Shown here: positions 27,875-29,910 of the stretch, piece after piece
How the letters are laid out: the number at the start of each line of letters is the position of its first letter
How positions within the stretch are numbered: position 1 is the stretch's first letter
Source of the DNA: a virus
Taxonomy: Duplodnaviria > Heunggongvirae > Uroviricota > Caudoviricetes
DNA length: 29,910 nucleotides
Direction: 5' to 3' (one strand)
IMG/VR virus record: IMGVR_UViG_3300045988_123188
Position numbers and translations under genes: made by a program
The notes under the pieces: generated by a model
Seen by the model: the letters and a program-made list of their open reading frames with translations, nothing else
What the model was told of the DNA's origin: nothing
Databases searched by the model: none

Positions 27875-29788
27875 TTATCCGAAATATGTCAGCCATGCTA
27901 ACTGCATTGCTGATATAGGGCTGTTTGCACTGCCGGACCAAGCATAATTCTGGCCATTATAATGAAACTCAACAACGTATGAGCCATCACCAATATTTCT
28001 CACAGGCTTAAATACCGGCTTAGATACAGGTGAAGAAGGCGCGGGCGGTTGCTGTTCTTCTACGCTCTCTTCCTCTTCCTCTTCCTCTTCCTCTTCCTCT
28101 TCCTCTATCTCAATTTCGTCGTCATCCAGATCGTCATCCTCTGATAATTCATCCGTCTGTTCAGGTATTGCTTCCAGCTCTTCTTCGTCAGGCATAACGA
28201 TTTCTGGAGAATCTATTTTCAGCTGCCATTGTCCATTTTCGCCAACAAATTGCCCCAGAGCATCAGCAGCAAATTCCAGGTATCGACTAATCATTGTAGG
28301 GCTAAATTTGAATGCTCTTAGAGTGCTGTTCGTGATTTTTATAGAGGGGTCATGCTCTACCAGCTGCTTAACTGTGTTATGCAGACGAACCCCGGCATCT
28401 CCTCTGGCGAATCCTGGCATTTCGTCATCAAGCTGCTGCAATGCTTCCAGCCTGGTATTTTCGTTTCCAGTATTTGGCCTCCATGTCTTTGAGAAGTTGG
28501 CCAGCTTGAATTGCTTATAGTGTAATTGAGTGTTTTCATCGTCATGGCCTAAAATTTCCATAAAGAAAACATCCTCATCTACGTTTTTCCAACGAGGATC
28601 TACGCGGAAAAACATTTCATACGCAATACGGGCATAAATAGCACGACTATCTTTATAAACACGGCGGTCATCTTTGAAAAATGATTTAACCCACGGGTTA
28701 AAAGCCTTTGCTAATATGGCATTAATCCGTCCGTTTTCAGAGCGTGTGTCGTTATCTCCATAACCTTTAACGACATCATCAAAATCAGATGCTGCTGGGC
28801 ATGAGCGAAGTACATTTATTAAATAAACAAATGTTTTTGCTTCGCATAATGTATATATTTTTCTGGTTATATCATCAGAAGTTCTTTTTTTTGCTTGGCC
28901 TAAAAAATCAACGGTATACTTACCAGAAACAGTAAATGTACCTTGATACATAATCTCAATCATTCGTCTTCCTGACAATGCAGCAAGTGCAAATGCCAAA
29001 GGAGCCATACCTGAACGAGTGTTTAGATTATTTAATGTAGCAGGGCTATTTATAATATCGTAAATAGCTTGCATATATTTAGGGTAATCAATGACCACCA
29101 CGTTACGTTTCTTATTGTGCAGAACGTCCGCCCATCGTTGCTGGATAGATGCGCGTTCGGCAGGGCTTAGTTGAAGATGATAGAGAATCTCATGGTTAAC
29201 TTTTAGCTGATTCAACTCCTCAAGTAAGGCAGATCCTTGCTGTAGTAATTTATATAAATAATCGCGCTTATCTTTCCAGTTATCGCTAGTTAAATCAGAT
29301 ATGGCGAATTGCCACTCTTTATATTTATTTGATAATTTTAATAACTTATTATGACTTTTGTTATCACCAATTCTGATATTAGATAAATCTTCTGATAAAG
29401 GGAGAATTAATTTTAATTTTGCCTGTAAAGCTGACATTCTCTGGCGAATATCGGCAGCAGGTAGAGAAAGCCATGACAATAGCTCCTCATTATATAAAGG
29501 ATACTTTTCAGATAGGCGATGTATATTTTTTTCAAAGCTATGATGAAGTTTATCATCAAACCGTTTTCTGGCCCTGCTCATATAGGCATTGAAGGTGTTG
29601 GCTGTAATTCTTTTTTCTAATCCTTTCCCCCTAAACTTTCGCTTATCATTAAATAATGCATTTTTAAATTTTAATGCAACAGCCTTTATTTTTTTTGTTT
29701 TTTCCCCTTGAGGACGGTCAGAGTTATCTATTGACTCAACATCGCTAACAAGTGAGTTTATTAATTCACCGATTTTTACTTTGCTCAT
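27875..29788 (-). CDS. telN: protelomerase TelN (telomere resolvase)
   Basis: 637 aa; MSKVKIGELINSLV...KRITANTFNAYMSRARKRFDDKLHHSF..., YLYKLLQQGSALLEELNQLKVNHEILYHLQLSPAERASIQQRWADVL, NTRSGMAPLAFALAALSGRRMIEIM, RINAILAKAFNPWVKSF...RVYKDSRAIYARIAYEMFF (catalytic Tyr region) match N15 TelN as recalled; SD GGAGAGGAAA. Confidence 0.9.
   Translation of the reverse strand: MSKVKIGELINSLVSDVESIDNSDRPQGEKTKKIKAVALKFKNALFNDKRKFRGKGLEKRITANTFNAYMSRARKRFDDKLHHSFEKNIHRLSEKYPLYNEELLSWLSLPAADIRQRMSALQAKLKLILPLSEDLSNIRIGDNKSHNKLLKLSNKYKEWQFAISDLTSDNWKDKRDYLYKLLQQGSALLEELNQLKVNHEILYHLQLSPAERASIQQRWADVLHNKKRNVVVIDYPKYMQAIYDIINSPATLNNLNTRSGMAPLAFALAALSGRRMIEIMYQGTFTVSGKYTVDFLGQAKKRTSDDITRKIYTLCEAKTFVYLINVLRSCPAASDFDDVVKGYGDNDTRSENGRINAILAKAFNPWVKSFFKDDRRVYKDSRAIYARIAYEMFFRVDPRWKNVDEDVFFMEILGHDDENTQLHYKQFKLANFSKTWRPNTGNENTRLEALQQLDDEMPGFARGDAGVRLHNTVKQLVEHDPSIKITNSTLRAFKFSPTMISRYLEFAADALGQFVGENGQWQLKIDSPEIVMPDEEELEAIPEQTDELSEDDDLDDDEIEIEEEEEEEEEEEEESVEEQQPPAPSSPVSKPVFKPVRNIGDGSYVVEFHYNGQNYAWSGSANSPISAMQLAWLTYFG
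28067..28102. repeat. perfect hexanucleotide microsatellite (CTCTTC)6 inside telN, encoding a poly-Glu run
   Basis: Six tandem perfect units on the plus strand, equal to (GAAGAG)6 on the coding strand, giving EIEEEEEEEEEEEEESVEE. Confidence 0.85.
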
Positions 29789-29799
29789 CTTTCCTCTCC

Positions 29800-29835
29800 T
29801 GATTATCAGCTCTGATTATCGTAACACAATTTGAG
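29800..29835. promoter_or_regulatory. direct repeats TGATTATC x2 and TATCAGC...ACACAATT, resembling the arm of the N15 telRL/tos site; putative TelN-binding/telN promoter region
   Basis: CCTGATTATCAGCTCTGATTATCGTAACACAATTTGAG; the N15 telRL arm is recalled as TATCAGCACACAATTG. Confidence 0.3.
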
Positions 29836-29910
29836 AATAAGATAACTAATAACGCGTTAACTTAGCTTCAAACTAACAGAACATAATGACGGATAATAAA
29901 CAAAAACACA

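Noticed and set aside
28067-28102. CRISPR-like or intergenic tandem repeat
   Set aside because: Unit is 6 bp with no spacers and lies in frame inside telN; it is a coding microsatellite.

Overview
The window reads as the prophage (linear-plasmid) arrangement of an N15-like 'telomere phage', reversed relative to the usual lambda map, with a lambda-type virion module. Protein identities rest on my recall of lambda, P21 and N15 sequences and need BLAST confirmation. Left to right: lambda-like head and packaging genes on the minus strand (Z partial, FII, FI, E, D, C/Nu3, B, W, A, Nu1), then a closed cos site (~7866-8075). Next comes a two-gene accessory cassette flanked by ~170 bp direct repeats, which I rate the best candidate for an undescribed system, followed by a P21-type lysis cassette (pinholin with MKM dual start, SAR endolysin, Rz/Rz1) and a DNA N6/N4 methyltransferase. 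Upstream of those is a late-promoter/terminator leader and a long leftward operon of small ea/nin-like genes, interrupted by a plus-strand Gp49/HigB-like toxin plus HTH antitoxin pair. The immunity switch is cro-like (minus) and CI/CB-like repressor (plus) with TTATAGC-N2-GCTATAA operators. It is followed by a 1331-aa primase-helicase RepA, three small genes, a probable antisense-RNA/icd/ant anti-repressor locus with a truncated Bro-N gene, and protelomerase TelN (minus) at the window edge. Five copies of an 18-bp palindrome GTGCGACC-AC/GT-GGTCGCAC, one base different per half-site from the F sopC SopB-binding motif as I recall it, are dispersed through the window and look like N15-type partition centromere sites. 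No integrase, O/P replication genes, rRNA, tRNA or CRISPR array is seen. Coordinates of non-CDS elements are hand-indexed and approximate (±2 bp).
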